Assembly: GCA_963719505.1 (NCBI GenBank) | Contig: CAVRCF010000001.1 | Location: forward strand, 64,001-128,000 | DNA from: Halobacteriovoraceae bacterium | GTDB lineage: Bacteria; Bdellovibrionota; Bacteriovoracia; Bacteriovoracales; Bacteriovoracaceae | DNA: 64,000 bases | Direction: 5' to 3' | Part shown: positions 1 through 9,150 of the stretch, in pieces | Numbering within the stretch: the stretch's first letter is position 1 | Layout: the number at the start of each line of letters is the position of its first letter | Translations under genes and position numbers: made by a program | Notes under the pieces: generated by a model | The model's database searches: none | What the model was told of the DNA's origin: nothing | Seen by the model: the letters and a program-made list of their open reading frames with translations, nothing else

Positions 1-471
1 AAAAAACTTCTGCCTTGTACTCAAATCTAAAAAGCTTGCTTGTCCATTTGGATTATGGCATTGCACGCATTTTGGAAAAAAGACTTTCTTAGACAGGGAG
101 TTCCATGTCGGTTCCAATTTCGTGCTCGGCCTAGGATCCACACCAGTTCCAAGAGGAGCTCCACTATCCACCCATGTTTTGAGCAAAGATTTCTTGTAGT
201 CATCTAAAGCGGAGGCATTCTTTGGCATTCTATCTTGTAAGACAGCTGTTAAAATTTTATCTTTCTCATTCAAAACAGCTTCGTAATCACTGTATCCAGC
301 ATGACACTGGATACAGCTAGGTTTTAGTATTTCGTCGCTTATATTTTTGAAAGATAATTCTTCTAGGGTAAACACCCCACCAAATTTTGATGTAGGATTT
401 TCTTTTAATTCTACTGAGCTTCCACATGAGCTTATGAGACAGAGGCATAATAAAGTTAATAGAATTTTCAT
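1..471 (-). CDS. Lipoprotein c-type cytochrome with at least two hemes (runs off window start)
   Basis: Not in ORF track. Manual translation from ATG 471: MKILLTLLCLCLISSCGSS... with lipobox-like ISSC and heme motifs CIQCH and CVQCH; frame open to base 1. Confidence 0.8.
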   Translation of the reverse strand, partial: MKILLTLLCLCLISSCGSSVELKENPTSKFGGVFTLEELSFKNISDEILKPSCIQCHAGYSDYEAVLNEKDKILTAVLQDRMPKNASALDDYKKSLLKTWVDSGAPLGTGVDPRPSTKLEPTWNSLSKKVFFPKCVQCHNPNGQASFLDLSTRQKFF

Positions 472-494
472 AGAAGTCTCCACCATCGAGTCAG

Positions 495-989
495 TTAAAG
501 TCTTGGTTCTTCACCAGAGATGCGTTTCCAATTAGCGTCAGCTTTAGCAGCATTGCCTGCAATGTCACGATCGAAGTAATTCTTTGCTCTAGAGTTAACG
601 AAGAAGTAGGACCTATTGCCTACGACAGTGAAAAGTTCTGTGTTGATGTGAACTTTTTGACCCACGACCATAGCTCTGGCACACCACCCACCATAGGTCG
701 GTTCAAATTTTTCAGGCTGACTTAAAAAAAGCTTCATATTTTGTGCATTGGCGAAAAAATACTCCACTCCTTGTGTCGTGACAGCAAATTCTTTCTTTCC
801 AACTAGTGCTATCCCTCCACCATCAGTAAAAACCGAAACGGGATCAAAAGCTTGAGCATTTGAAGCATTCCCATTGACAAGTCCAACTCCGACCGAGTTT
901 AAGTTATACTCTGAGATGTTTCTTCCTTCTTGTGCACTAACCGTAAGTGTTAAGAGAGAGAGAACCGCCATTAAAAACCAATTTTTCAT
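495..989 (-). CDS. Secreted YHS-domain protein
   Basis: Signal peptide; FDPVS...YFFANAQNMKLF...PEKFEPTYGGWCA pattern of YHS-family proteins. Confidence 0.8.
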   Translation of the reverse strand: MKNWFLMAVLSLLTLTVSAQEGRNISEYNLNSVGVGLVNGNASNAQAFDPVSVFTDGGGIALVGKKEFAVTTQGVEYFFANAQNMKLFLSQPEKFEPTYGGWCARAMVVGQKVHINTELFTVVGNRSYFFVNSRAKNYFDRDIAGNAAKADANWKRISGEEPRL

Positions 990-1163
990 AATTCCTCTTT
1001 TGTTTTTCCAGATTCATTTCTGTCTGCAACTAAGTTAACAAAAAGAATGGTATAAAAATAATTGATTAATCGAATATATCCATAGCTAAAAGCTATAGCG
1101 TGATTTATTTGGAATATTTGAAGTGATGGTGAGTCCTAAGATAACAGTTCTAGTGCGAGGGGT

Positions 1164-1598
1164 TTATTTTCTCCCCCAAAAAGGTGCACCAAAAGTAGAG
1201 AGCACAAAGATAGAGAGCATAAGATAATTAAAGGGAAGTATAACTTCATCCAATAAAGTTTTAAGATTAGGACTTTCGTATACTTTATAAAACCTAAAAA
1301 TAATGACGATAAGAAGAAAGACATCCAGTATTTTGGGTGCTTTTTTAATATTTTTTAATAAGACCAAAAGTATATTTTTTTCCTTAAAAAGCTCTGGGAA
1401 ATATTTTGAGTTCACAAATATTGAAACGGGTAATGAGATGAGTAAATATAAAAGGTTAATGGATATTAAAAGTTTATAGTTATCATCTTTATCGATGAGT
1501 TCTTTAACGATGAGTTCAAATAGAAAACAGGCGTTCAAAAAAATTAGACTTAAAAAATGTAGGATAAATATATTTTTATATTTTTTTATAAAATTCAT
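1164..1598 (-). CDS. Hypothetical multi-pass membrane protein
   Basis: About 4 hydrophobic segments; very AT-rich; starts 2 nt after stop of 1601..3244. Confidence 0.6.
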   Translation of the reverse strand: MNFIKKYKNIFILHFLSLIFLNACFLFELIVKELIDKDDNYKLLISINLLYLLISLPVSIFVNSKYFPELFKEKNILLVLLKNIKKAPKILDVFLLIVIIFRFYKVYESPNLKTLLDEVILPFNYLMLSIFVLSTFGAPFWGRK

Positions 1599-1600
1599 AG

Positions 1601-3244
1601 TTACATCCTATCCTCTTCAAATATTATTATGGGCATATCGCGTGATTCATACGTTCTTCTATTATTTAATTGTAAACCCGCCAGGGAGTTTGCATTTCGA
1701 CTACCAGTCTGCGCCTCTAGATAGTCTCCCTGAGCATCTGAACATCTCGCATAAACTGATGGTCTTCCAGGGTTAACCTCCATGCTCATTTTGATAGACA
1801 TTTTAGCCTTTGATAATCTCTCTATAGTGTATTTATCCATTCCTACTTCTTCAAGTGCTCTTGGGTCAACTTTAGATAAAGATCCTCTTTTTATCGTCTC
1901 TTTTTCATCTTCCTCATCTTCAACTTCGTCTTCTGTAAAATCTACTTCCTCAACCTCTGGCTCGGGTTTTGGTTCATCCTTAGGTTCCTTTTTTGGTGGC
2001 TCTGGATCAGTATTAGTATTCTCATATGTGGGTTGGGAAGCATTATTTCTAGTAGCTGTTTCCACACCATCCAAAACTTGATCTATGCCTTTATCCTTTA
2101 GGTCTATTAACTCCTTCGAGAAAAAGCCCATGGCAAACCCAGCAATAAAAGCTGATCTACTACCACCTAATCCTCTTCCCACAAAGGCAGCAGCTGTCGC
2201 CCCAGTGTTAATTCTTCCAACCAAATCAATTCCAGCTTTAACCATTCTTTTATTCACAACTCCTCGGTCTAAATCCCCCATAGGACCTATTGATGGACCA
2301 AAATCTCCACCACCATATGCTGTAGACATATCTCCAACAAACTCATTCATTCTGGAGTCTTCATGGTTACTCATAAGCGCATCATATTGATGAGATCCTC
2401 TATCAAAAGAGGATTCAATTCTGCCTCTTAAACGAGCAAGGGGTGCGTGATATCCGAGACGGGAAACTTCAGATAAATAATCTCTTGTTTCTCTCCTTGA
2501 AACATCGCTTGAAGACTCAAAGTGATCACTATAATGACCTTCCCTCCCCAGGGGTCCTTCCATTTCCAAGTTTTCTGTATTGAAGTGTTCAAATGAATTA
2601 AATATTTCTTGGTAAGCGATCTCATCGTTCATAAAAAGTGCAGCTCTTGCAAGATCATCATAAACGGCCAACCCACAGCCATAGCTATTCTCGCAAGCTT
2701 CAAGTCTTGAATCTAAGTCTAACCGCTCTAATGAAAGAGAGTTGTAGAGCCTTTCAAGTTCTGTTTTACCTTCTGGTTTTATCTCAAGTCGCAATACTCC
2801 TAAAAGATCTCGATCGATTTCAACGTCGTCTCTTTCAAACTCAATTTCAGTAATATTAAAGTGATAAAGGTTCGCGACAAGCATATCTGAGAGGAAAGAT
2901 GCTAAATGAATCTTATAAATCTCTGCCTTTTTATCTAAAGCTATTTCATCAACATAGAGATCAACATTTCTAACAAGGTTAAAAATCTTCGCACTATTTT
3001 CAACCCTCTCTAACAAAAAGTGTTGTTTGGCTACTTGCTCTTTAACCAAAGGATTAATTCCATAGTAATGAATTGAAAATTCCTTGAGTGCAATAAAGTA
3101 CCGAGAAGTAATGTCACTGGTCGATTGAAGGCTAAAAACATTTTGAATAAGCTTTTTATCAAATGGTTTCAGCAAAGAGCCATCAGAGCCAAAGCTAGAG
3201 AGAATAAAGGAAAAAAATAGAATGAAAATAAATTGTTTCTTCAT
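1601..3244 (-). CDS. Hypothetical secreted protein with Gly/Ala-rich hydrophobic patch and acidic Pro-rich linker
   Basis: 547-aa ORF, signal peptide, upstream GGAG. Confidence 0.7.
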   Translation of the reverse strand: MKKQFIFILFFSFILSSFGSDGSLLKPFDKKLIQNVFSLQSTSDITSRYFIALKEFSIHYYGINPLVKEQVAKQHFLLERVENSAKIFNLVRNVDLYVDEIALDKKAEIYKIHLASFLSDMLVANLYHFNITEIEFERDDVEIDRDLLGVLRLEIKPEGKTELERLYNSLSLERLDLDSRLEACENSYGCGLAVYDDLARAALFMNDEIAYQEIFNSFEHFNTENLEMEGPLGREGHYSDHFESSSDVSRRETRDYLSEVSRLGYHAPLARLRGRIESSFDRGSHQYDALMSNHEDSRMNEFVGDMSTAYGGGDFGPSIGPMGDLDRGVVNKRMVKAGIDLVGRINTGATAAAFVGRGLGGSRSAFIAGFAMGFFSKELIDLKDKGIDQVLDGVETATRNNASQPTYENTNTDPEPPKKEPKDEPKPEPEVEEVDFTEDEVEDEEDEKETIKRGSLSKVDPRALEEVGMDKYTIERLSKAKMSIKMSMEVNPGRPSVYARCSDAQGDYLEAQTGSRNANSLAGLQLNNRRTYESRDMPIIIFEEDRM

Positions 3245-3510
3245 AAAGTGACTCCGGTTGATATTTTATTTTTAATGAAGCAAGTCTAAAGCCAATAAAA
3301 TCTAGTTCTAAGTGGTTGATTTTTTTGATAATTAGAGACGAGTATTATTCTGATTTCGGAATATGGCATTCTTATTTGGAAATAAACTTCCTCAAATGAA
3401 TAGAGCGTTTTGATGGCTTCCAAATAACCCGACCAAAGATGTCTGGTAATTGCACATAGATTCCCCAACTGCTAGCCTTGATTGGTTAAAAACTATTCTT
3501 TGGAGAATTT

Positions 3511-4947
3511 ATGATTAAGCTGCTTGTAGCACTTATACTTATTGCTAACACTGCGTTGGCAAACAATATCGACCAGGTAAGACAATTATCAAATGTTCTT
3601 ATCTCTTACACACCTCAATTTCATTCAAGTTTAAAGAAGAGCATCGACAGTGAAATCCCCCTTCATGGTCGTCAGTTAAGACTTATGCATGAGGTTGTCT
3701 CTCACTTTCTAGATATCGATAATAAGATAAAAAAAATGATTGAGCTTGAAACTTCAAAAACCACGAAAACTCTTTTAGCTCTAGATAGATATCAAAGTTT
3801 TCTTATAAACTTCGAGCCTTTTTATTCAACAACTAAATTTAGAAGATATATAAATGATGAAGATCTCTCTTTTAAAATTCAAAAGAATGAACTCCATAAG
3901 CGCTTGATGGAACTTCTAGATCAAGCCTATGCTAAAAAAATTGCTCTTGATATTGATTCAATCTCAAACACTGATAGCAATGACACTTATACAATTGAAG
4001 TCCTCACTCACCCAGCTTTGAGCTTTGTGAAGAACTCAAAGAAGATTGATGCTCTAAACGTCCTCTATAAAAAGTATGCTAAATCAGATCTTAGAAATGA
4101 TCGACTGGTAGATCTTACAGATAGAGTTTCAGGAAGATTTGGAAATACAGCCGGCTCTATAAGATGGAGAAAAGGTCATCTTCTAAAGAATAAAAAAATT
4201 CACCAAGAGATTCTAGCAGAACTCAAGCCCCTTGATATCATCACTGAAAAAACATACTTCGCTCTCACTGATAAATTTATTCCAGGACATTTTGGTCACA
4301 ATGCGATCTGGCTTGGTACCAAAGAAGAACTCATCGGTTTAGGACTTTGGGATCACGAAGCAATTGTCCCTTTTCAAAAAGATATTGAAGCGGGTAAATC
4401 AATTTTAGAAGTTGATCGTTCAGGGACACATCTTAAAAGCCTAGAAGTCTTTATGAATATCGATGAATTTGCAATTTTGAGACTGAAAGAGATTAATTTT
4501 ACCACAGCGAGACTGGAAGAAATTTATACAGTTGCTCTTTCACAAATTGGAAAGATCTATGACTTTAACTTTGATGTTGAAACAACTGATAAACTTGTCT
4601 GCTCTGAGCTTCTCTACCAATCATTCACCAATATTCATTGGCCAACACAGTCTTATTTAACCAACACAAAACTAAAACGCACAACGATCTCTCCAGATAA
4701 TGTTGTCTCCTTGGCCCTTTATGATGACTCTCCGATAGCTCTTGTCTACTACGTCGCTCAAAGAAAAAGAAGACAATCTCCTATTTATAAGGACCTGGAT
4801 CAGCTGGCCAAAGACCTAGAATTTGAAAAGGTTAACGGGCTCTATAAAAGGGTTGTAAAGGTGTGTAAGGATACTTCAAATTGTGAGACGACTTTAGAAG
4901 ATCTTCCTTATTCGTCCCACCCTTATATTGAAGGCATTAGTTTATAG
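3511..4947 (+). CDS. YiiX/YebB-like permuted papain (NlpC/P60) cysteine hydrolase
   Basis: Signal peptide; PLDII...IPGHFGHNAIWLG (His) before YDFNFD...LVCSEL (Cys), the permuted order. Confidence 0.8.
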   Translation: MIKLLVALILIANTALANNIDQVRQLSNVLISYTPQFHSSLKKSIDSEIPLHGRQLRLMHEVVSHFLDIDNKIKKMIELETSKTTKTLLALDRYQSFLINFEPFYSTTKFRRYINDEDLSFKIQKNELHKRLMELLDQAYAKKIALDIDSISNTDSNDTYTIEVLTHPALSFVKNSKKIDALNVLYKKYAKSDLRNDRLVDLTDRVSGRFGNTAGSIRWRKGHLLKNKKIHQEILAELKPLDIITEKTYFALTDKFIPGHFGHNAIWLGTKEELIGLGLWDHEAIVPFQKDIEAGKSILEVDRSGTHLKSLEVFMNIDEFAILRLKEINFTTARLEEIYTVALSQIGKIYDFNFDVETTDKLVCSELLYQSFTNIHWPTQSYLTNTKLKRTTISPDNVVSLALYDDSPIALVYYVAQRKRRQSPIYKDLDQLAKDLEFEKVNGLYKRVVKVCKDTSNCETTLEDLPYSSHPYIEGISL

Positions 4948-5142
4948 ATCTTCTAAAATTTCTTTGACTCTTCCGACATCCCCACTTTCAAGTCTTACCT
5001 TGATTCCATGGGGATGAAATGAAGACTTCGTTAAGATAACCCTAACGACGCCTTCGGTGAGGTTGCCACTTCTTTGATCTTCTTTTAGGACAATCCTAAC
5101 TGTCAGACCTTTTTGAATATTTACTCGTGTACATCCATCCAT
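4942..5142 (-). CDS. ywbE: YwbE family protein
   Basis: IVLKEDQRSGNLTEGVV..ILTKSSFHPHGIKVRLESGDVGRVKEI signature. Confidence 0.85.
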   Translation of the reverse strand: MDGCTRVNIQKGLTVRIVLKEDQRSGNLTEGVVRVILTKSSFHPHGIKVRLESGDVGRVKEILEDL

Positions 5143-5147
5143 TGAAC

Positions 5148-6008
5148 TTACTGCATATCACCTGGGATTTCTGATGGATCAACATCTGCTTCAAACCAAG
5201 AGTCAATAAAGATTGTGTCCGAGTAGTCAATCAACTGCTCACCAAGATAAGCTCTGGTCAGACGTTGAGGTGTACCAAGAGCATTTTCAATAAAAAACGT
5301 ATTGACGGAGTATCCTCGAGCTTTTATCTCTCTTTCTTCAAAAGAGTCTGTTTCATTATTCCATCTATAAACATGATGGATATAATTATTACGATTTTTT
5401 GAGATCAATCTCATCGCCCAAACATCTCTAAACTTTAAAACAAAGATATCATACTCTTTTAAAGCCTGATCAAGCTGGGCTTGAGTAACATCTGAATAAT
5501 CAATATCACTTTGATAAACTTCTTCAATTTGAAAGCGTGGATCAGTGTTAATTTCTGAATTATTAAAGTCTTCAAGACACTTTGGGGTCTCAGTGATGAG
5601 ACGACGATTTTCTTTATAGGTTTTCAAGATAAATTCATCAAACTTATCACCGTCATCGTCAACTTGATCAACCTTAATTTTATAGACCGTTTTCACTGTA
5701 TCAACAGCATTCACGCAATCACCTGAGAAAGTATTTGTCTCCCAGTTGTATTCATTTTTGAGTTCAATCTCAGTTTCTCTATAAGTGTAGCCGACATTAT
5801 AGCTCTCACTACTTCTTGAACCTCGAGTATCTCTGCTCATGGATCTTAAATCACTTACCGATCTTACTCTTCGTTCATTGGTACAAAGAGACTTACTTGA
5901 ACACGGATCATTTTCATTTTCAATGGCTGGTTGAGAAGAACCTCCAGAACCTGATTTTCCGCACGAGTATAGGGCGAGTAAAGACACGAGTGTAACGATT
6001 ATTTTCAT
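5148..6008 (-). CDS. Hypothetical lipoprotein
   Basis: Start moved to ATG 6008 (MKIIV) after GGAG; lipobox LYSC then GKSGSGGSS linker. Confidence 0.7.
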   Translation of the reverse strand: MKIIVTLVSLLALYSCGKSGSGGSSQPAIENENDPCSSKSLCTNERRVRSVSDLRSMSRDTRGSRSSESYNVGYTYRETEIELKNEYNWETNTFSGDCVNAVDTVKTVYKIKVDQVDDDGDKFDEFILKTYKENRRLITETPKCLEDFNNSEINTDPRFQIEEVYQSDIDYSDVTQAQLDQALKEYDIFVLKFRDVWAMRLISKNRNNYIHHVYRWNNETDSFEEREIKARGYSVNTFFIENALGTPQRLTRAYLGEQLIDYSDTIFIDSWFEADVDPSEIPGDMQ

Positions 6009-6171
6009 ATGATCTCCTTGATGGAGCAACTTTCACACTTTGGACTCGACTTGTCAAAGACTCAAAAGCTCTTGAGACTCGACGCACACTGTAAAATCTA
6101 AAATTTTTATTTGATTTCTGCGTCTTTCAATGACAAAAATAAAGTTCAATTTTTTTTAAAAGGACTTCTCT

Positions 6172-6660
6172 ATGCCATCATTCGACTTAGTTTCCTCACT
6201 AGATATGGGAGAGCTTAAAAATGTATTAGCTATGGCCCAAAAGCAAATTTCTGGTCGCTATGACTTTAAAGGCTCAAAATGCAATATCGAACTTAAAAAT
6301 GATAAAGAATTGCATGTTGTGGCTGAGTCGGAGATGAAAATTGAAGCGGCCATGTCTATTCTCTACGGCTGCATGAGTAAAAGAGGCTTAGGTTTAAAGT
6401 GCTTAGATCTTCAAAAAGTCCTTCCCACTGGTCATCAGATGTATAAGCAGGTCATCATTCTCAACTTTGGTATTAACAAAGAAAATGGAAAAACAATCAA
6501 TAGACTAATTAAGGACTCTAAACTTAAAGTGAGCTCTCAATATTTAGACGAGAAGATTCGAGTGACATCTAAAAAAATTGATGAACTCCAAAACACTTAT
6601 CAAATGCTTCGCAATAGTGAAGAGCTTGAAATTGATGTAAAGATGGAAAACATGAAATAA
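6172..6660 (+). CDS. yajQ: YajQ family nucleotide/c-di-GMP-binding protein
   Basis: MPSFDLVS...RYDFKGS...KIRVTSKKIDELQ. Confidence 0.9.
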   Translation: MPSFDLVSSLDMGELKNVLAMAQKQISGRYDFKGSKCNIELKNDKELHVVAESEMKIEAAMSILYGCMSKRGLGLKCLDLQKVLPTGHQMYKQVIILNFGINKENGKTINRLIKDSKLKVSSQYLDEKIRVTSKKIDELQNTYQMLRNSEELEIDVKMENMK

Positions 6661-6662
6661 GC

Positions 6663-7646
6663 TTAAAGAGTAAAACGTTTCTCTCTGGCCTCTTTCCAAA
6701 CTTTTAAGAATTCTTTTACCTCTTCTCGAGTTCGGGCCACGCTACTGTCCTGTTCAATATCAATGGAATACAGATAAAAAGCGCGCTTTATATTATCGTG
6801 GTCTTCGCTTTTAGAAATCTCCAGGACTTCATCAAAAATATTTTTCCACTCTTTTGGAGAATCCGTCTTCGTAAGTTTTTGAAAGTGGGATATGTATTCA
6901 CCGGCTTCATCACTATCCATTTTTTTAATTTCAAATCCCAGCTCGTCTGGATAAAAGTAATGAGGTTTTATTCTTTTTACACTGGCCACAGCTCGAGCAA
7001 TATATTTATCAAGAGAATATTTAACATGAGCAGGGCTTGGAAGCTTAATTGTTTCATTGGGTTCAATAACATCGAAGTTTGTAATTTGAGGGTTGAGGGC
7101 TTTTATATAGGTTAAAGCTTGTTGGGTATCAATCCCGGTATAGCGAGTGTTGATAATTTTACTCACACTATCCCCTTTTTTAACCTTGTAAGAGGCAAAC
7201 TCTTTTGTCGGCGCTGAATTTAAGACTTTCCCAAGGACAAGCTTATCCCCTACATCCAATAGATTTGGATCTTTTATATGAGGGTTGGCCAAAATTGTTT
7301 TTGCGATTTGTTTTCTTAAAGTGATATGAGGCGCGAGATGTTTATGATTTTTAACAATCTCATTAAAGGTCTCTCCTCTTTTAACCTCATAGACAACATC
7401 TTGCAGGTCTGGAAGAACTAGTGTTTGGCCAGGATAGATAAGGTTGGGGTTTTTGATAAACTGGTTGTATTTTAAGATGTCTTCATAAAGAGCACTCTTG
7501 GCCGGTCCCACTCCATAGTTAATAAAGTTATTAAGAATAAGATTAAGATTATCTCCTTCTTTCACACTATAAACATTTTCATAGGCTGCTTGAAGTGAAG
7601 TTGACGTTAAGAGAATGAGACTTGCACAATAAGTTTTGTTTTTCAT
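6663..7646 (-). CDS. Secreted protein with three LysM domains
   Basis: YSVKEGDNL..NPNLIYPGQTLVLP; YEVKRGET..DPNLLDVGDKL; YKVKKGDSV..LNPQI..IEPNETIKLP. Confidence 0.85.
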   Translation of the reverse strand: MKNKTYCASLILLTSTSLQAAYENVYSVKEGDNLNLILNNFINYGVGPAKSALYEDILKYNQFIKNPNLIYPGQTLVLPDLQDVVYEVKRGETFNEIVKNHKHLAPHITLRKQIAKTILANPHIKDPNLLDVGDKLVLGKVLNSAPTKEFASYKVKKGDSVSKIINTRYTGIDTQQALTYIKALNPQITNFDVIEPNETIKLPSPAHVKYSLDKYIARAVASVKRIKPHYFYPDELGFEIKKMDSDEAGEYISHFQKLTKTDSPKEWKNIFDEVLEISKSEDHDNIKRAFYLYSIDIEQDSSVARTREEVKEFLKVWKEAREKRFTL

Positions 7647-7900
7647 AGTTGCCCTATTTGTTAGTTTTTAATAGCTAAAAATTTTGCTCTTATGATTTTT
7701 AAATGTCCTGAGTTTTGTATCGCAAGTCTACTGCAAATGAGAAAACGGCTAAATCCTTTTATTGAAAAAGTGCTTATTTCCCCCTAATTTAGGGGACTTT
7801 GGTGGGTTTGAACTTTTCTTATTCAATGACAAAAGATTTAGACTTCCATATAAATTCAATGGGTTAGTTTTTAAACCTGTGTCTAAAAATGGGCTCTTAC

Positions 7901-8515
7901 CTAGGCATAGATCTCAAGGGGAAAGCTTTGAGTTAGAAGTTCTAAGATGTCTCTTGTCGTGACAATTCCTTTTAGCTCTAAACTGTCAGTTGTGATGGGG
8001 ATGCAATTAACATTTTCCTCGAGCATAACCCTTGCAATATCAGAGATCGATGAGTGCTCTTGACCTGCTAGAACTTCTTTAACCATGACTTCTGCCAAAG
8101 TGGTCGAGGTTAACTTCTTTGCGCCAAGGACACCCAGGAGTAAACCATCGGAGACAATTCCAACCAGTGTTTTATTTTCAACAATGGGGATGTGGCGAAT
8201 TTTATATTTTGATAACAGCTCCATGGCAGTGGCCACTGTATCTTTAGGACTCAAGGAGTGAATCTTTGTCGTCATAAGGTCTCTGGCATAAACCTTCTTT
8301 CTTTTAATCTTTTGGTTTTCGACATAGCTTGATATTTTACTTTTCTTTGCTCTGGATTGGGTTGTGTGACCATCTTCAGTATCTTTATCTACGAAGTGCT
8401 CCATTAGATCGTTAAAAGATGGTGCCATATTTCTTATGCGATGAACGTTATCTCTATTTTTAGAAGGAATTCGGTAGGGTTTAAATTGACCATTAAAAGT
8501 GACGATTAAAGACAT
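7901..8515 (-). CDS. CBS-domain pair protein
   Basis: ARDLMTT..HIPIVE..LVGIVSD and CIPIT..LKGIVTTRDIL. Confidence 0.85.
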   Translation of the reverse strand: MSLIVTFNGQFKPYRIPSKNRDNVHRIRNMAPSFNDLMEHFVDKDTEDGHTTQSRAKKSKISSYVENQKIKRKKVYARDLMTTKIHSLSPKDTVATAMELLSKYKIRHIPIVENKTLVGIVSDGLLLGVLGAKKLTSTTLAEVMVKEVLAGQEHSSISDIARVMLEENVNCIPITTDSLELKGIVTTRDILELLTQSFPLEIYA

Positions 8516-8669
8516 GACGTTTCCCTTTTGTTGAAATAAAGACCCATAAAGCGACCAGTCTTCAGTTTAAAACATACCATTACAAATTGACAGGAGCTAG
8601 GGACTCAAGGCTTAAAAAAAGATTTTTTTACCTATGGACTTTAATCTATTTGATCTTATAGTTAAGCTA

Positions 8670-8981
8670 ATGAGACTTTTAGTCGTTCTTCTTATTTTCC
8701 AATCTCTTATATTTACAGGTTCTGTGAAGGCAGAAGACTTTGATCGTCATTTTGAAAAGGTTTTATCAACCAATCTTCTGTCGATACAGTCTCAAGTTCA
8801 AAAGTCCTCAGATCCATCTCTTGACCTATCTTTTAAGGATATAGATTTCTTAGACTCTTTGGCCCAAAGGTTATTAAAAGTCTTCGCTGTCTCATTTAGC
8901 GCTCAGGCGCTTTCAGAAGTCTATCCAAAGAAAATCTTTCTTCTCCTTATGGCTCCAAGGTCTCCCCCAGTAAAGATCTAA
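8670..8981 (+). CDS. Secreted leader-type ORF ending in RSPP (candidate ribosome-arrest peptide)
   Basis: Start taken at ATG 8670 (7 nt after TATAGT 8657-8662); signal peptide MRLLVVLLIFQSLIFTGSVKA; C-terminus LLLMAPRSPPVKI*. Confidence 0.6.
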   Translation: MRLLVVLLIFQSLIFTGSVKAEDFDRHFEKVLSTNLLSIQSQVQKSSDPSLDLSFKDIDFLDSLAQRLLKVFAVSFSAQALSEVYPKKIFLLLMAPRSPPVKI

Positions 8982-9021
8982 CTGTTATTGATACATTTAT
9001 CTTTATTTAAAGGAGAATCTC

Positions 9022-9108
9022 TTGAAAGATGTAAAAGGATGGCTATTTGCGATGAGCTTTTTTATTTTAGCTGGCGCACTGATAGCCTTTGAAGTTTATT
9101 TTAATTAA
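9022..9108 (+). CDS. Unannotated 28-aa single-TM microprotein MKDVKGWLFAMSFFILAGALIAFEVYFN
   Basis: AAGGAG SD at 9010-9015, TTG start, one hydrophobic helix, hairpin after stop. Confidence 0.6.
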   Translation: MKDVKGWLFAMSFFILAGALIAFEVYFN

Positions 9109-9118
9109 TTCAGATATT

Positions 9119-9150
9119 TGCAGGTGCTCACAAGGGCATCTGCATGTTTT
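9119..9150. terminator. Intrinsic terminator-like hairpin between convergent genes
   Basis: TGCAGGTGCTC-ACAA-GGGCATCTGCA (G-U pairs on + strand) then TGTTTT. Confidence 0.6.

Noticed and set aside
495-989. Selenoprotein form of the YHS protein
   Set aside because: The motif has Cys (GGWCA) and no in-frame TGA.
1782-2390. Ser-rich and Pro-rich plus-strand ORFs
   Set aside because: Antisense shadows of the acidic and Gly-rich parts of 1601..3244.
6040-6100. GACTCGAC repeat and TGT(C/A)AA-like half sites upstream of secreted genes
   Set aside because: Too degenerate in AT-rich DNA to support without a genome-wide motif search.
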